Positions 27,041 through 37,638 of a stretch of DNA of 64,000 nucleotides are shown one piece after another; the first letter of the stretch is position 1; each line of letters opens with the position of its first letter. Origin of the DNA: a virus; the IMG/VR virus record IMGVR_UViG_3300025168_013179, positions 33,787-97,786 of that record; one strand, given 5' to 3'. Made by a program: the position numbers and the translations under genes. The notes under the pieces are model-generated. The model had not been told where the DNA came from. It saw only the letters and a program-made list of their open reading frames with translations, and did not search any database.

Positions 27041-29365
27041 TTAATGTCCATCTCTCCAGTTATCTGATATCTCAGGAGGTGCTTTTAACGTAACGCCAGG
27101 TAGTTGAGTAGTAGTCTCCATAATCTCTTGAACTATAGGAGCAAACATAGCAACATCTTTCTTATCGCAGTTAATAATCAATTGATCATGTACTTGAGCT
27201 TGTACAGAAGCATCTATACCAAGTTCTTTAGCTTTACGGTTAATTACTAAAGCAGCTCTATTCACAACAGCAGCTGCTAAACTCTGTAACTGAAAGTTAA
27301 GGCAGTTATTAAGCCCATTTCTAAAGTCTCTATAAGCTTTGATAACCTTATCTTTACCGTAAGTAGGTTCTAACGACTTTCTAAATCTCCAATCCATTAA
27401 TTTATTATCGAATTTTTCATAGTACTGCTTAACTCGAGGCAAATGTCTAATTCTACCGACGTAGTTAGTTATACGTCCATAGGCTTTAACTTCTTCTCTA
27501 GATCTCTCTCTCCATTCAGCTAACTGAGGAAAACCATCTAGGTATCCTTTGATAAGTCTCTCAGCTTCTTTCTGATCTACACCTAATGTCATTTTAAGAG
27601 CATAAGCTTCCATACCGTAGGCAATACCTAAAGAATAAGCTTTAGCTTTATTACGTTTAATAGGGTCTAGCTTTTTAAGGTAGTTATCAGCTTTTTTATC
27701 AGCAGATACTCCTTGTAAGTTCTCAGTTTGTATAGCAACAGTAGAGTAGAAGTCCCATCCTTTTCTAAATATCTCCCTTAGGTTCTCATCTCCTGTTACT
27801 GATGCAAAGCAATGAGGCTCTAGTGATTCGTAATCAGCATCGATAACCTTTCTACCATCACCAGCAGTTAAGAAAGCTCTAACTATATTAACATACTTCA
27901 TAATGATAGGAGCATCTTCTCCTTCTTCTAAAGGTTTAGGCAGCTGTTGAGCATCAGATCCATAACGACCAGACACAGTTCCGTTCTGCTTAAAGTAAAA
28001 GTAGTATCTACCGTCCTCATTCCTATCTCTAAATCTATCTACGTAAGTAGACTTAATCTTAAGCAACTTATTATATATACGTAAGTTCTCAGCCCATGCA
28101 TAAGTCTTAGATAACTCCTCAACCATACTCATGTCAAACTTATCTCTACCGGATTTAGTATTAGCTCCTGATACTTTAGGTTTAATGCCCATATACTTAA
28201 AGACTATCTCTCCTAAATGCTTCTTTGACTGTATATTAATGTAGTCTCCATCGTTAGATTCTTTCCATAGCGACATCGATAAACGTGCTTTCTCAACGTC
28301 CTCTAGTAGGCTTTGATCTCCGGTAAGCAAAAACTGCTTAACACTAGAGTCATCTAACTCTTCGATATACTTTTGAGTAAGAGAGTACTTACCAGTCTTT
28401 TCGGACTTAGGTAATGGTAGAGAGTACCTTTGTACTAGCGTTTGAGCCCAATTACCTTTATGAGAAACTGGATAGTTAGTCATAGAAGTAGCTACTACCC
28501 ATTCTTTAACCTCTGGTATAGCAAGTAAAGACTTCATAACAATCTCTTTATTCTCTTTTTGATCTATTACTATCTCGTCATGTATCTTATTAAGTAAGTT
28601 CATATCAAGATCGACTCCTTGAGCTTCCATAGGTACAGTCACTTCACGGTAGATAGGCATAACCTCTTCTTCAAAGAAAAACTTCTCTAAGCCTTCCTCT
28701 TTAAGCTTTTTAAGGTATAGATTACATATACGAAGAGTAAGATCGGTATCTGCAGAAGCATACTTAGATAATATATCTAAATCAGCTTTATAAATCTCGT
28801 ATAAAGCCTTTGTAGTCTGGCCACCGTTCTTTTTAATACTCTCTTTAAGTTCAACTTGCTCTTCGTTAGCGGCTTTCTCTACATCTAAGCCAAGCTCTTT
28901 CTGATTCATTATTGCAATTGACTTTAACCCAAAAGGATTACCGTAACCAAAAGCACCTTCCTCGTAAACTGTATGAACTAGTAAACCAGTATCAACCCAA
29001 ACGTCAGGAAGTAAATCTACACCTAAATAGTTCTTAATAAACTGAACGTCAAACGAAGCATTATGAAATACAAGTTTCTTACCTTTAAGTAACTTAAGTA
29101 AGTTCCTAGATATAGTTTCAGTAGAAGTACCGTCGATAGTCTGTAATTCTAGTTCGTCTTTATCAAAGTTAAATACTAAAGTAGGTAAGTAGAAACCTAT
29201 TCCTTCGTCACCGGATACAGACCATCCTACAATCTTATCCTTTCTAGGATTAAGACCAGTCGTCTCGGTATCAACAGCAATAACTTCTGATTCAGTAATA
29301 TGTTGATGTAAGAGTTTTAAGGTCTCCTTATCTTGGACCGTATAGTACTTTTTTTCTAACTGCAT
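27041..29365 (-). CDS. polA: Family A DNA polymerase with 3'-5' exonuclease
   Basis: DTETTG, HNASFD, DYESLE, KAYSLGIAYG and QVHDQ motifs. Confidence 0.95.
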   Translation of the reverse strand: MQLEKKYYTVQDKETLKLLHQHITESEVIAVDTETTGLNPRKDKIVGWSVSGDEGIGFYLPTLVFNFDKDELELQTIDGTSTETISRNLLKLLKGKKLVFHNASFDVQFIKNYLGVDLLPDVWVDTGLLVHTVYEEGAFGYGNPFGLKSIAIMNQKELGLDVEKAANEEQVELKESIKKNGGQTTKALYEIYKADLDILSKYASADTDLTLRICNLYLKKLKEEGLEKFFFEEEVMPIYREVTVPMEAQGVDLDMNLLNKIHDEIVIDQKENKEIVMKSLLAIPEVKEWVVATSMTNYPVSHKGNWAQTLVQRYSLPLPKSEKTGKYSLTQKYIEELDDSSVKQFLLTGDQSLLEDVEKARLSMSLWKESNDGDYINIQSKKHLGEIVFKYMGIKPKVSGANTKSGRDKFDMSMVEELSKTYAWAENLRIYNKLLKIKSTYVDRFRDRNEDGRYYFYFKQNGTVSGRYGSDAQQLPKPLEEGEDAPIIMKYVNIVRAFLTAGDGRKVIDADYESLEPHCFASVTGDENLREIFRKGWDFYSTVAIQTENLQGVSADKKADNYLKKLDPIKRNKAKAYSLGIAYGMEAYALKMTLGVDQKEAERLIKGYLDGFPQLAEWRERSREEVKAYGRITNYVGRIRHLPRVKQYYEKFDNKLMDWRFRKSLEPTYGKDKVIKAYRDFRNGLNNCLNFQLQSLAAAVVNRAALVINRKAKELGIDASVQAQVHDQLIINCDKKDVAMFAPIVQEIMETTTQLPGVTLKAPPEISDNWRDGH

Positions 29366-29387
29366 ATAATATAATATAAGAATTTTT

Positions 29388-29888
29388 TTATAATTTACAA
29401 ACTAAATAATTATTAATTAAGGTATTCCAATTATCATTAGTAGGTCTAATAGAACATTTTTTTCTTTGTCCATTAGTCATCCAGTTTATCATTTTTAATT
29501 CTCTTCTTTCATTAATATAGAAATCCCTATCATTAACAATTTTTTCTCTTGGAACATTAAATACTTCTCCTGTATCACATATAACAGTCAAAAAGTCAAA
29601 ATTAAGATCAGAATGAAGCTGTATAAGATTTCGTTCAGAAGATTTTTTAACATCCATCTTAGGAGTTAAGAATTTTACTGAATAAGTACCTAGATCACCA
29701 GTACCGTCTATATTATCTTGTCTTGGAGGAGCTGGTTTATAACCTTTATCTATTTTTTCAAGAATAATTTTTTTAGCTTGAGCCTCACCGTATAAGCCAG
29801 ACACTTGGTCAGGGTCTAATCCTTCTAGTGGAGCTAACTCTTTAAGTTTATTACAATACTCTAGTATGAGATTTAAATTTTTTGACAT
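29388..29888 (-). CDS. Putative PD-(D/E)XK endonuclease-like protein
   Basis: GE....ID......YSVK pattern; own promoter. Confidence 0.4.
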   Translation of the reverse strand: MSKNLNLILEYCNKLKELAPLEGLDPDQVSGLYGEAQAKKIILEKIDKGYKPAPPRQDNIDGTGDLGTYSVKFLTPKMDVKKSSERNLIQLHSDLNFDFLTVICDTGEVFNVPREKIVNDRDFYINERRELKMINWMTNGQRKKCSIRPTNDNWNTLINNYLVCKL

Positions 29889-29929
29889 AATATAACCTTT
29901 TTATTTACTATAAAGATAAGAAAAATATC

Positions 29930-30820
29930 TCAGGGAGACAAGCTTTTTTTATAAAAATCGTAAAGTAAGTCTCCTAGAATCTTATACCCATGTCTATTAG
30001 GGTGATTTCTTTGACCTGGAGGGCTAAACGCTAGTTCAGTATTTTCAAATACATCTCCTCCTATTTTATTCAAATGATCCCAAGCAGTAGAGGCTCCAAA
30101 TTTCCAATACTTAGTCTTGTCTACTAACCCCCATTTTTCATTATTAGAATCAAATGAATTCATCTCTTCAAAACCATCTATAAAGATATATTGACATTTT
30201 TTATATTTGAAAAATTCTTGAAGAAAATAAATATAGTTAAAATTTACTAAATTATAATACGCACTATCATAACATACAGTCATATATTTCTTAAAATAAT
30301 CCTTCATAAAAGGAGATAAAACTTTGTCAATATATTTTATATCTGCTTCATTCTTATGATATCTTTTTAAAAAATTTATGCTTCCATAATCAGAAAGGAC
30401 TTCATTTAAAGACCAACCTAATCCTATTGGTCCGCTATCTGTAAAAGACTTAGGAAAGAAAGGAATTTTATTTCTTATTCCTGAACTCCACATTACTACT
30501 ATAAGATCTTCTTCATTGAAATCTAAAAGAGAATCTTTTTTAAATACATCATTAAAAATATAATCGTTAGACGCTCCACAAGAGCCAGCATTCAGAAATT
30601 TAGTATCATATGTTCGATTTCCAACTTTATAAGATTCTTTAATTTGTAAAAGTTTTGCTAATTGAGTGGGCCAACTATACTTAAAATTAAATTCGCTGAT
30701 TATACTACATCCTTCACTAGGATTATCTTTATATTTTTTTTCTATTTTAACTGTTTTTTCTAACCATGCTCCTTCTCCTTCAGTGAAACTATCCCCAAAT
30801 GTTATTAACCTATTAATCAT
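29930..30820 (-). CDS. SGNH/GDSL hydrolase-like protein
   Basis: FGDSFT, GASN and HPN..G motifs. Confidence 0.7.
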   Translation of the reverse strand: MINRLITFGDSFTEGEGAWLEKTVKIEKKYKDNPSEGCSIISEFNFKYSWPTQLAKLLQIKESYKVGNRTYDTKFLNAGSCGASNDYIFNDVFKKDSLLDFNEEDLIVVMWSSGIRNKIPFFPKSFTDSGPIGLGWSLNEVLSDYGSINFLKRYHKNEADIKYIDKVLSPFMKDYFKKYMTVCYDSAYYNLVNFNYIYFLQEFFKYKKCQYIFIDGFEEMNSFDSNNEKWGLVDKTKYWKFGASTAWDHLNKIGGDVFENTELAFSPPGQRNHPNRHGYKILGDLLYDFYKKSLSP

Positions 30821-31661
30821 TTATAAATTTTTTTACGTAATTATCAAAATCCAAAAGATGGCTATTGCTCCAATCAGCATTTTCATATACTCCATGTAGT
30901 TGGTCTAAACTAAAAGTATTCCAATCATCTACCAATACCATAGGAAAATATTGAGAAAAATACTCAGTAACTAAACTTCTATCAACTATCGGAATAGTCT
31001 TTAAATAAAGAGCTTCCCATGTTCTATGACAATCAACTCCATTGCCTTCTGGTGATATAATGAATTTGTGGTTTTTAAGTTTATTTAAGTATTCCTCCTG
31101 TGCTGTAGGTTTACTCCAAACTAATCCTATCTCTTTACATCTATTAAAGCAATCAGGTCTTTTTATATCTCTGCATCCACCTTCTACTGTAAAATTGAAA
31201 AATATTTCTTTCGTTTTACTACAAGGTACGTCTATACTTTCAAAAGTATCTAAGTCTCCATAAGGCCAACAGCTATTACCTAGCCCTATAGGAAGAGGAG
31301 TAACTCTATCATCTCTTACCAATACGTTTTGAGCATATATTTTTTTACAATTAGGAATATTAAAATACCTTAAGTCTTCTTCTTCAACTGGTGAATCATT
31401 ACAGTGGAGAACCAACGAAAAAGGATTTTTCATTTTTTCTAACATACTGTATAAATCTACTGGTCCGCTTTCTATATGATCTTGTTTAATAGTAGATTTA
31501 ATTAAATCATTGTTAACATATATAAGACCCCAGTTGTCATAACTATCAAAAGTATACGCACTATGAGCTCTACTAAGTTTAGATTCATAAGGAAAAAACT
31601 CAGGAACAGAAATTTGAGTAGAACACAGATCTTGAAATTTTTCTCCGGAAATATAATTCAT
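30813..31661 (-). CDS. Exostosin (GT47)-like glycosyltransferase
   Basis: FIISPEGNGVDCHRTWEAL. Confidence 0.7.
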   Translation of the reverse strand: MNYISGEKFQDLCSTQISVPEFFPYESKLSRAHSAYTFDSYDNWGLIYVNNDLIKSTIKQDHIESGPVDLYSMLEKMKNPFSLVLHCNDSPVEEEDLRYFNIPNCKKIYAQNVLVRDDRVTPLPIGLGNSCWPYGDLDTFESIDVPCSKTKEIFFNFTVEGGCRDIKRPDCFNRCKEIGLVWSKPTAQEEYLNKLKNHKFIISPEGNGVDCHRTWEALYLKTIPIVDRSLVTEYFSQYFPMVLVDDWNTFSLDQLHGVYENADWSNSHLLDFDNYVKKFIND

Positions 31662-32230
31662 AATAATTCTTCTGGGTAATCTTCTTTTTTTATTTTAATT
31701 CCTGTTTCTTTTTCAACTGAATGTAAAACAGCGAGTTTTTTGTTTTTATCTCCAGTGCAGAAATGCCAGGCTAGAGTATTTTGAAAATTAATAATTGACT
31801 TTTGTAATCTATTTATAGACTTTTCAGCTAATTCTATATCTTCTTCACTTACTTCTATTTCTATATTATTATTACCAGCAATTTTGACTAAACTTAATAA
31901 ATCGTTATAATCATAGGCTTGTTTTAGTTCTGAAAATGTTTCATCGGTACCTCCTTTATCTGGATGTAAGTGCTTAGAAAGCATTTTATATATCTTTTTT
32001 AATTTTTCAGGTTTGTTTCTTTTTTTTATTTTTTCTTGTTCACTAGGAGGTTTATTTCTTACTTCTCCAGTCTCTTCATTAACCCACATTTCAGCATTTT
32101 TATCTATAAAGTATTTTCCAAAATACCTATTAAAGACAGTAGCATACTCTTCAGCTTGCTCTTCAGTATCTTCTAATTCTAACTCTAAAAATTGATACTT
32201 ATGCGATAATTTTTTTATAATTCGAGACAT
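31658..32230 (-). CDS. J-domain protein
   Basis: YK.LSK.LHPDKGG...F.EL..AY. Confidence 0.8.
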   Translation of the reverse strand: MSRIIKKLSHKYQFLELELEDTEEQAEEYATVFNRYFGKYFIDKNAEMWVNEETGEVRNKPPSEQEKIKKRNKPEKLKKIYKMLSKHLHPDKGGTDETFSELKQAYDYNDLLSLVKIAGNNNIEIEVSEEDIELAEKSINRLQKSIINFQNTLAWHFCTGDKNKKLAVLHSVEKETGIKIKKEDYPEELL

Positions 32231-32487
32231 TACATTTCCCCATATAGATCAAACTTTTCAGGTTCAGGTTCTTTTATATCTACTTCTGTCTGATTAATAG
32301 CGAATAATTTTCCATTTAAAGGTTCTAATCTATAGTGGCCTTGAAATTTAGTTTTTCTAACATATGTATTTAATGTCTGTACTAACCCATCTATAATATT
32401 TTCTCTATCAATAACTAATTCCCAGTTATCTCCTGGAGGTACTCTTTCAGCTATAAGTTCGATTTCTTCAATTATTTCTTTACTCAT
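32230..32487 (-). CDS. Hypothetical protein
   Basis: Coupled ORF. Confidence 0.6.
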   Translation of the reverse strand: MSKEIIEEIELIAERVPPGDNWELVIDRENIIDGLVQTLNTYVRKTKFQGHYRLEPLNGKLFAINQTEVDIKEPEPEKFDLYGEM

Positions 32488-32929
32488 ATTCTTTATTTAA
32501 TACATCAGGATTTTGTTGCATAGTTTGTTTAGTAATTAAATCTTTAAGTTTTGTTGTAGACCAACTATGAGCTCTAGACGTATATACGATCTTAGGAGGC
32601 AAATCATCTCCTGTAAACGTTTTACCTATGTAATCTTCTCCAAGAATCCTGATATCTGGTTTAAAATTTACTATTAAGTTGTAAAGCTCTTCTTCAGTTT
32701 GGTATACAAATACCTCATCTACATAAGATACGGCCATTAAAGCTCTATATCTTTCATATAAAGGTATAACCGGTTTATATTTACTAAACCTAGTTAAAGA
32801 CGGGTCTCTTTGTAAAAAAACTATAAAGTGATCACAGTGTTTTTTTGCATCCTCAAAAGTATAAATATACCCTGGGTGAAGAAGGTCAAAATTACCGGCT
32901 GTAAAGCCTACTATTGGTTTTTTACTCAT
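32480..32929 (-). CDS. Cytidylyltransferase (TagD/RfaE-like)
   Basis: GNFDLLHPGY, GEDY and STT motifs. Confidence 0.85.
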   Translation of the reverse strand: MSKKPIVGFTAGNFDLLHPGYIYTFEDAKKHCDHFIVFLQRDPSLTRFSKYKPVIPLYERYRALMAVSYVDEVFVYQTEEELYNLIVNFKPDIRILGEDYIGKTFTGDDLPPKIVYTSRAHSWSTTKLKDLITKQTMQQNPDVLNKEYE

Positions 32930-33864
32930 TGCCTTAATGTTTTTGCTAATCTAAATTCCTTTTCTTCAAACATAGCTGGGATAAGCATATTATGAGATGC
33001 TCTAACAGGGTTAATATCTAAACCTCCTCTTCTAGTATATAAACATGCTACCATAAGCTGCTCTGGTTGAAAAGCATCAGTTAAATGCTTGTAAACCATT
33101 TCACAAATTTCTTCGTGGAAGTGACTTACGGTTCTATGTGAAACTATATACTTTGCCAATGAATCTGCTGTAGGTAAATTTTCACCTTTTATCTTAATGT
33201 ATACATCACCCCAATCTGGTTGATTCGTAACTCTACAGTTAGATCTTAAAAGGTTAGATTTTAACCTTAATTCAGGCCATGCTAAATTCTCTTTTTTAGC
33301 TTTATATGATTTTAACTGAGAGGCATCGGATTGAAATGCTGTAAAGTCTATCTCATCTAGATCTACTATATCTCCTAAGTCTTTATAGTTCATAAAAGAT
33401 AAAGGTTTTCCTTCTTCTTCACTAGCATAAAAAGAAACAGTTGTATTAGTTTCAAGTAACTCATCTAAATCTCTCTTTACTCTTGCTTCAATACCGCTAA
33501 TACAGTCTCTAGCATTATCTGCTATACGAGTCATATTAAATGAATTTAAATAAAGTTTTATTGACTTAGATTCAACGTGATATTCACTATTTGAAGGACA
33601 AACTATTTTAAGCATACCTGCTACCGGTTGACCTTTAGTAGTGATAGCTGATACTTCATAACAGTTCCAAGTATCTACTCCTACAAAACTGTCTGAAGTT
33701 AGTCCGTAACCTTCTCTGTTTAAGTATCTTGGTACTTTAACTAATAATTCTGGTGAGTATGTATCTTTATACCCATCACCGCCTACTTTTCCTAAATGTT
33801 TAGAAGCAATATCTACTACTTCTTGATAATTTTTAACGTCTGCATTTAACCCTTTTTCTTCCAT
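32926..33864 (-). CDS. queF: preQ0 reductase QueF (bimodular)
   Basis: VESKSIKLYLNSF, SNCRVTNQPDWG, FHEE and YTRRGGLDINP motifs. Confidence 0.95.
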   Translation of the reverse strand: MEEKGLNADVKNYQEVVDIASKHLGKVGGDGYKDTYSPELLVKVPRYLNREGYGLTSDSFVGVDTWNCYEVSAITTKGQPVAGMLKIVCPSNSEYHVESKSIKLYLNSFNMTRIADNARDCISGIEARVKRDLDELLETNTTVSFYASEEEGKPLSFMNYKDLGDIVDLDEIDFTAFQSDASQLKSYKAKKENLAWPELRLKSNLLRSNCRVTNQPDWGDVYIKIKGENLPTADSLAKYIVSHRTVSHFHEEICEMVYKHLTDAFQPEQLMVACLYTRRGGLDINPVRASHNMLIPAMFEEKEFRLAKTLRQ

Positions 33865-33868
33865 AATT

Positions 33869-34387
33869 TTAATTTATAAATTCTAATATTTGATTCACAC
33901 GCTGTAATGGTGACCCTGTTACAGTAAGGTAGGGTTTTCTTACTCCTTCTAGAAGTAATTTAAATTCGTTATCAATTGATACTCTCCATTCTTCATTAAT
34001 ACTTCTTACTCCATCGTCTACAGAATCAAACTCTATAGGGAAATAAATATAATGAGTATATTCATTCTTAACTCTATTCCAAGTATCTTCTATATAGTTA
34101 TGAGCTTCTTTACTAAGTTTGTCCATGAAAGTAGAATAAACAACAAGATCCATATAACATCTGTCTAATATCATATTACCAGGATTAAGTAAAGCTTCTA
34201 GATGAAATGAACTAATAGCTAACTGAGTCTCAGAAGTTCCTGCTTCGTTAATAGGAAATCCATAAGAACCTACTGTACGAGTAGATTCATTAATAAATTC
34301 GTACTTAGGTAATTTATTTTTAAGTAGTTCATACACAGTAGTCTTCCCTGTACTACTAGCTCCTACTAATGCTATTCTTTTTACCAT
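33869..34387 (-). CDS. AAA_28/NadR-like nucleotide kinase
   Basis: GASSTGKTT, LDR and DDGVR motifs. Confidence 0.75.
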   Translation of the reverse strand: MVKRIALVGASSTGKTTVYELLKNKLPKYEFINESTRTVGSYGFPINEAGTSETQLAISSFHLEALLNPGNMILDRCYMDLVVYSTFMDKLSKEAHNYIEDTWNRVKNEYTHYIYFPIEFDSVDDGVRSINEEWRVSIDNEFKLLLEGVRKPYLTVTGSPLQRVNQILEFIN

Positions 34388-34416
34388 ATAACCTTTTTAT
34401 TCAATATACGAAAAAA

Positions 34417-34968
34417 TTATCGAAGACTCAAATAATCATTAAGAAAATTAACCCATAAACCTAAGCTTACTCCTTTTAATTTATCATAAACTTCATCAAG
34501 AGTAAAATCATCATTAGGTATACTAGCTTCAGCAATTACTTTACCTTCATCTACTCCTGCTGTTACTTTATGTATAACTGATCCGATCTCTTCATATTCA
34601 CGTTCATAAGCTTTTATTTGAGGGTCTTTACCTTTAAGGTCAGGGTACTTAGTAATTAAACCAGGATGACCATTATACAACTTAACTCCTTCTGTAACAA
34701 AGCCTGGTATAATTCTTAACCAACCATGAAGAGTAACTAAAGCATCAGGAAAATATTGTAAAACATCTAAATAGTTTTCCTTATCTGGGTAGTTTTTAAA
34801 TGTCCAGTAACTTCTTTTTTCTATTCTAGGATCTATAGTTCTTAAGTGTGTTGGCCTCTCATTAGTTATAATTCTATCAGGCCATCTCCCTATACTTTCA
34901 GCTATATCCGCTATTTCCGCTCCAGTTTGACTAAAGAACGCTATCCACCTTATGCCTTCCGTTTGCAT
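34417..34968 (-). CDS. dpdN: PurN-like formyltransferase, likely DpdN (preQ1 formylation)
   Basis: FSQTG, LHGWLRI, NGHPG and H.V...VDEG motifs; between dpdA-like gene and queF. Confidence 0.75.
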   Translation of the reverse strand: MQTEGIRWIAFFSQTGAEIADIAESIGRWPDRIITNERPTHLRTIDPRIEKRSYWTFKNYPDKENYLDVLQYFPDALVTLHGWLRIIPGFVTEGVKLYNGHPGLITKYPDLKGKDPQIKAYEREYEEIGSVIHKVTAGVDEGKVIAEASIPNDDFTLDEVYDKLKGVSLGLWVNFLNDYLSLR

Positions 34969-35749
34969 ACCATCTAAATTTTTGAATATTATTTTTAACT
35001 TTATCTATGTCAATCTCTTCTAAGTCCATATTAATTAGCTCATGTAACTTTTGAGATTCTTTACTCCATAAACCTTCATCCCCGTACGTAATACCTTTTA
35101 TTCCGTGTACTATTGGATTAGAAGTATCTAGGGAATAAATCCATTTGTAATCTGCATGCTTATAGAATGCAAACTCTTGAGGTAACCCACATCCTAGTAA
35201 GTGATGAGGTTTATTAGTGTTTATCACACCGTCTTTTAATAGATCTCCTAATAATTTAACTCTTCCTAACATCCAACTTACATATTTGTTAGGATGCGGG
35301 ACAGAAACGCTATAATAAGAATAGTCAAAAGATATAGCAATCATATCAACTTCTTCCATATCCATAAATTGATAACATCTTTTTATCTCTTCATAGTCTT
35401 TTCCTTGGACTACTCCGATACTCTTTCCATGTAACCTTGGATAGTCTCTTTTAAAATCTTGACATTGACCTATAGTAAGAGCCATATTCTCTAAAGCATC
35501 TGGGATTATATACCATGAGGCTTTTAGACGGTTAACCCATTGAGCAAATCTTTCCGCTTCAAATGCTTCTTCTAACTCAAATATAGAATTATCTAATATA
35601 ACTTCTCTTCCTTTTTTTATAGCTCTTTCAAAAGTATCTCTATATCTAGGATTTTCTTCTAATAGGTGAACTAATGCATAATCATAATCTGTAAACCTCT
35701 GGACTTCATCAAAGATATCTAAAGGTGCTTCGTGTGCTATTTTAATCAT
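34931..35749 (-). CDS. dpdA: TGT-fold 7-deazaguanine DNA-modification enzyme (DpdA3-like)
   Basis: ILDNSIFE, PD, GVVQG, HLLG and SLDTS motifs of TGT/DpdA barrels. Confidence 0.8.
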   Translation of the reverse strand: MIKIAHEAPLDIFDEVQRFTDYDYALVHLLEENPRYRDTFERAIKKGREVILDNSIFELEEAFEAERFAQWVNRLKASWYIIPDALENMALTIGQCQDFKRDYPRLHGKSIGVVQGKDYEEIKRCYQFMDMEEVDMIAISFDYSYYSVSVPHPNKYVSWMLGRVKLLGDLLKDGVINTNKPHHLLGCGLPQEFAFYKHADYKWIYSLDTSNPIVHGIKGITYGDEGLWSKESQKLHELINMDLEEIDIDKVKNNIQKFRWYANGRHKVDSVL

Positions 35750-35915
35750 CTAATTTTAGGTCGCTTAAGTTTTTTAAAGATTCTGCTAATTTAACATGTA
35801 AATCATCTATAGTTTTAGTTGATTCAAGTACATTATTTATTGCTTTTACAGCTATATCGAAAGGTACATATTGTTTACCTTCTATTTCCACTACGTGATC
35901 GTTTATATTAATCAT
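35742..35915 (-). CDS. Small hypothetical protein, 57 aa, absent from ORF track
   Basis: MININDHVVEIEGKQYVPFDIAVKA...; overlaps both neighbours. Confidence 0.6.
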   Translation of the reverse strand: MININDHVVEIEGKQYVPFDIAVKAINNVLESTKTIDDLHVKLAESLKNLSDLKLDD

Positions 35916-36454
35916 ATATTATTTATTTCTTGATTAGTAAAGAACTGAGATAAATCAGGTCTATAGTAATTTACGCTTTTCATTACTTTTCTATCTCTCG
36001 TTCTATAGACAATAAACCGTCCTTCATTAAGTTTTTCAAAATGACAGGCCTCACCTTGTTCCTTACTTCGTTTGCTGACGGTAAGTAGGGCCTCTTCTTC
36101 AGTTTTACAAGCTTTAGACATATTGCTTCCTTGTACTTCTTGATATGCTGGCCATATCTTATCCTTAAGGCCATGTAACATAGTACCGTTCCCAAGGGAA
36201 ACATAAGTAATGTCGCACAAAGCATCCAGAACTTCCACAATGTCGCCCCGTTCGCAAGCCTCTCTATACTCTTCAAGTTCTTCGAGTATGAAGTCGTAAA
36301 CAAATTGCCATTCTTTTTTTTCTGGGATTGTTGGTTCATAATTATTAGGTTTACCAAAGGTTGCGTTAAACTCTTCTACCTCGCTAACAAATGGTACATT
36401 GTTAACCCATGTAGGTAGTTCTTCTTCTTCAAATAATTTTAATTGTTTAGTCAT
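35912..36454 (-). CDS. MazG-like (all-alpha) NTP pyrophosphohydrolase
   Basis: EELEEY, EVLDALCD and SNMSK motifs. Confidence 0.85.
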   Translation of the reverse strand: MTKQLKLFEEEELPTWVNNVPFVSEVEEFNATFGKPNNYEPTIPEKKEWQFVYDFILEELEEYREACERGDIVEVLDALCDITYVSLGNGTMLHGLKDKIWPAYQEVQGSNMSKACKTEEEALLTVSKRSKEQGEACHFEKLNEGRFIVYRTRDRKVMKSVNYYRPDLSQFFTNQEINNI

Positions 36455-36845
36455 AATCTTCTGTTCTTTCCCAGCCATCTGGAGGTAATGGCATATCTAA
36501 GGGTATTCTATCGTAATCGTCTTCCATTCTAACGATATCGTCTTCTCCAAAATAAGTACCTGTTTGTACTTCTATAAATCTTACTTCTTTCTTAGTTTCA
36601 TTCCAAGCTCTATGCATAGATCCTCTAGGTATTTTTATAGATTCGCCATACTTTCTAAATACTTTTTCGTCATCTAAAATAATAGTAAGTTCTCCTCTGG
36701 TAATAATCCATATTTCTGCTCTATGAATATGGTATTGATAAGATAATCTCTGTCCAGGTTTAACTACTATTTCCTTTACCTTACAGCGTTTACTATCTTT
36801 AAGAACTTCGTATTGACCCCAAGGTCTGATGTCTACGTTACTCAT
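36447..36845 (-). CDS. Mannose-6-phosphate isomerase-type cupin
   Basis: RPWG, LSYQYH..RAE.W and IEVQTG.YFGEDDIVR motifs. Confidence 0.9.
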   Translation of the reverse strand: MSNVDIRPWGQYEVLKDSKRCKVKEIVVKPGQRLSYQYHIHRAEIWIITRGELTIILDDEKVFRKYGESIKIPRGSMHRAWNETKKEVRFIEVQTGTYFGEDDIVRMEDDYDRIPLDMPLPPDGWERTEDYD

Positions 36846-37638
36846 ATACTGAATTATATAGTTTATATAGCTCTTCGGCTATTAGTTTATGCCCTATGTC
36901 AGAAGGGTGAAGTTTTCCTTCATGTATAGTTTCATGTAAATCTTCTCTCTCAAATAATTTTTTATCATCAAATTGATTTAAATAACTCCAAATACTCTGT
37001 TCTTTATATTTCCAGTATTTATTTTTATCGATAAATTCTGTTTTATCATATACATCGTTACTAATAAAAGTATCGAAGGCATCTATAAAGATATGATTAA
37101 TTTTATAAAGATCAAACATATACTGTAAAAAATATACTAAGTTCTGGCTATAATAGTCAAAATGTATATTGTAGTCAAAGTAATTAGTGAAGAACTTTTT
37201 CCTATAGTTGAGAACAGATTGCTTTACTGAATCGTTACTCTCAGATAAATGGTGATATTCATTTTTTTCATGGTAAGCCAGTTCGTTTAATCCAAACGAT
37301 AACGCATTCATTCCTATTTTAGATCTACTTTCAAAATAACCAGGAAAGAATTCCGGTGTATTTCTTAAAGGAGAAGTAAAACAACAAATAACTAAGTCAC
37401 CTTTAGAAAACTTACCTTCACTTATATGATTAACAACTAGATCTAAAAGATAATTTGGATTAGACCCTAACTTTCCGAAATTATTAAATTCACAACCAAG
37501 TAACTTAGCTAGTTGACCAGTAAATGATAAACCTTCTCTGTACTTTCTTAATTCCGGTGTGCCATTAAGTTTTCTTTCAACTTCGGTATTTACACCGTTG
37601 CCGGCTACAAAACTACAACCATAACTATGTACCTTCAT
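36838..37638 (-). CDS. SGNH hydrolase-like protein, paralog of 29930..30820
   Basis: YGCSF, GSN and HPS..GH motifs. Confidence 0.7.
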   Translation of the reverse strand: MKVHSYGCSFVAGNGVNTEVERKLNGTPELRKYREGLSFTGQLAKLLGCEFNNFGKLGSNPNYLLDLVVNHISEGKFSKGDLVICCFTSPLRNTPEFFPGYFESRSKIGMNALSFGLNELAYHEKNEYHHLSESNDSVKQSVLNYRKKFFTNYFDYNIHFDYYSQNLVYFLQYMFDLYKINHIFIDAFDTFISNDVYDKTEFIDKNKYWKYKEQSIWSYLNQFDDKKLFEREDLHETIHEGKLHPSDIGHKLIAEELYKLYNSVYE

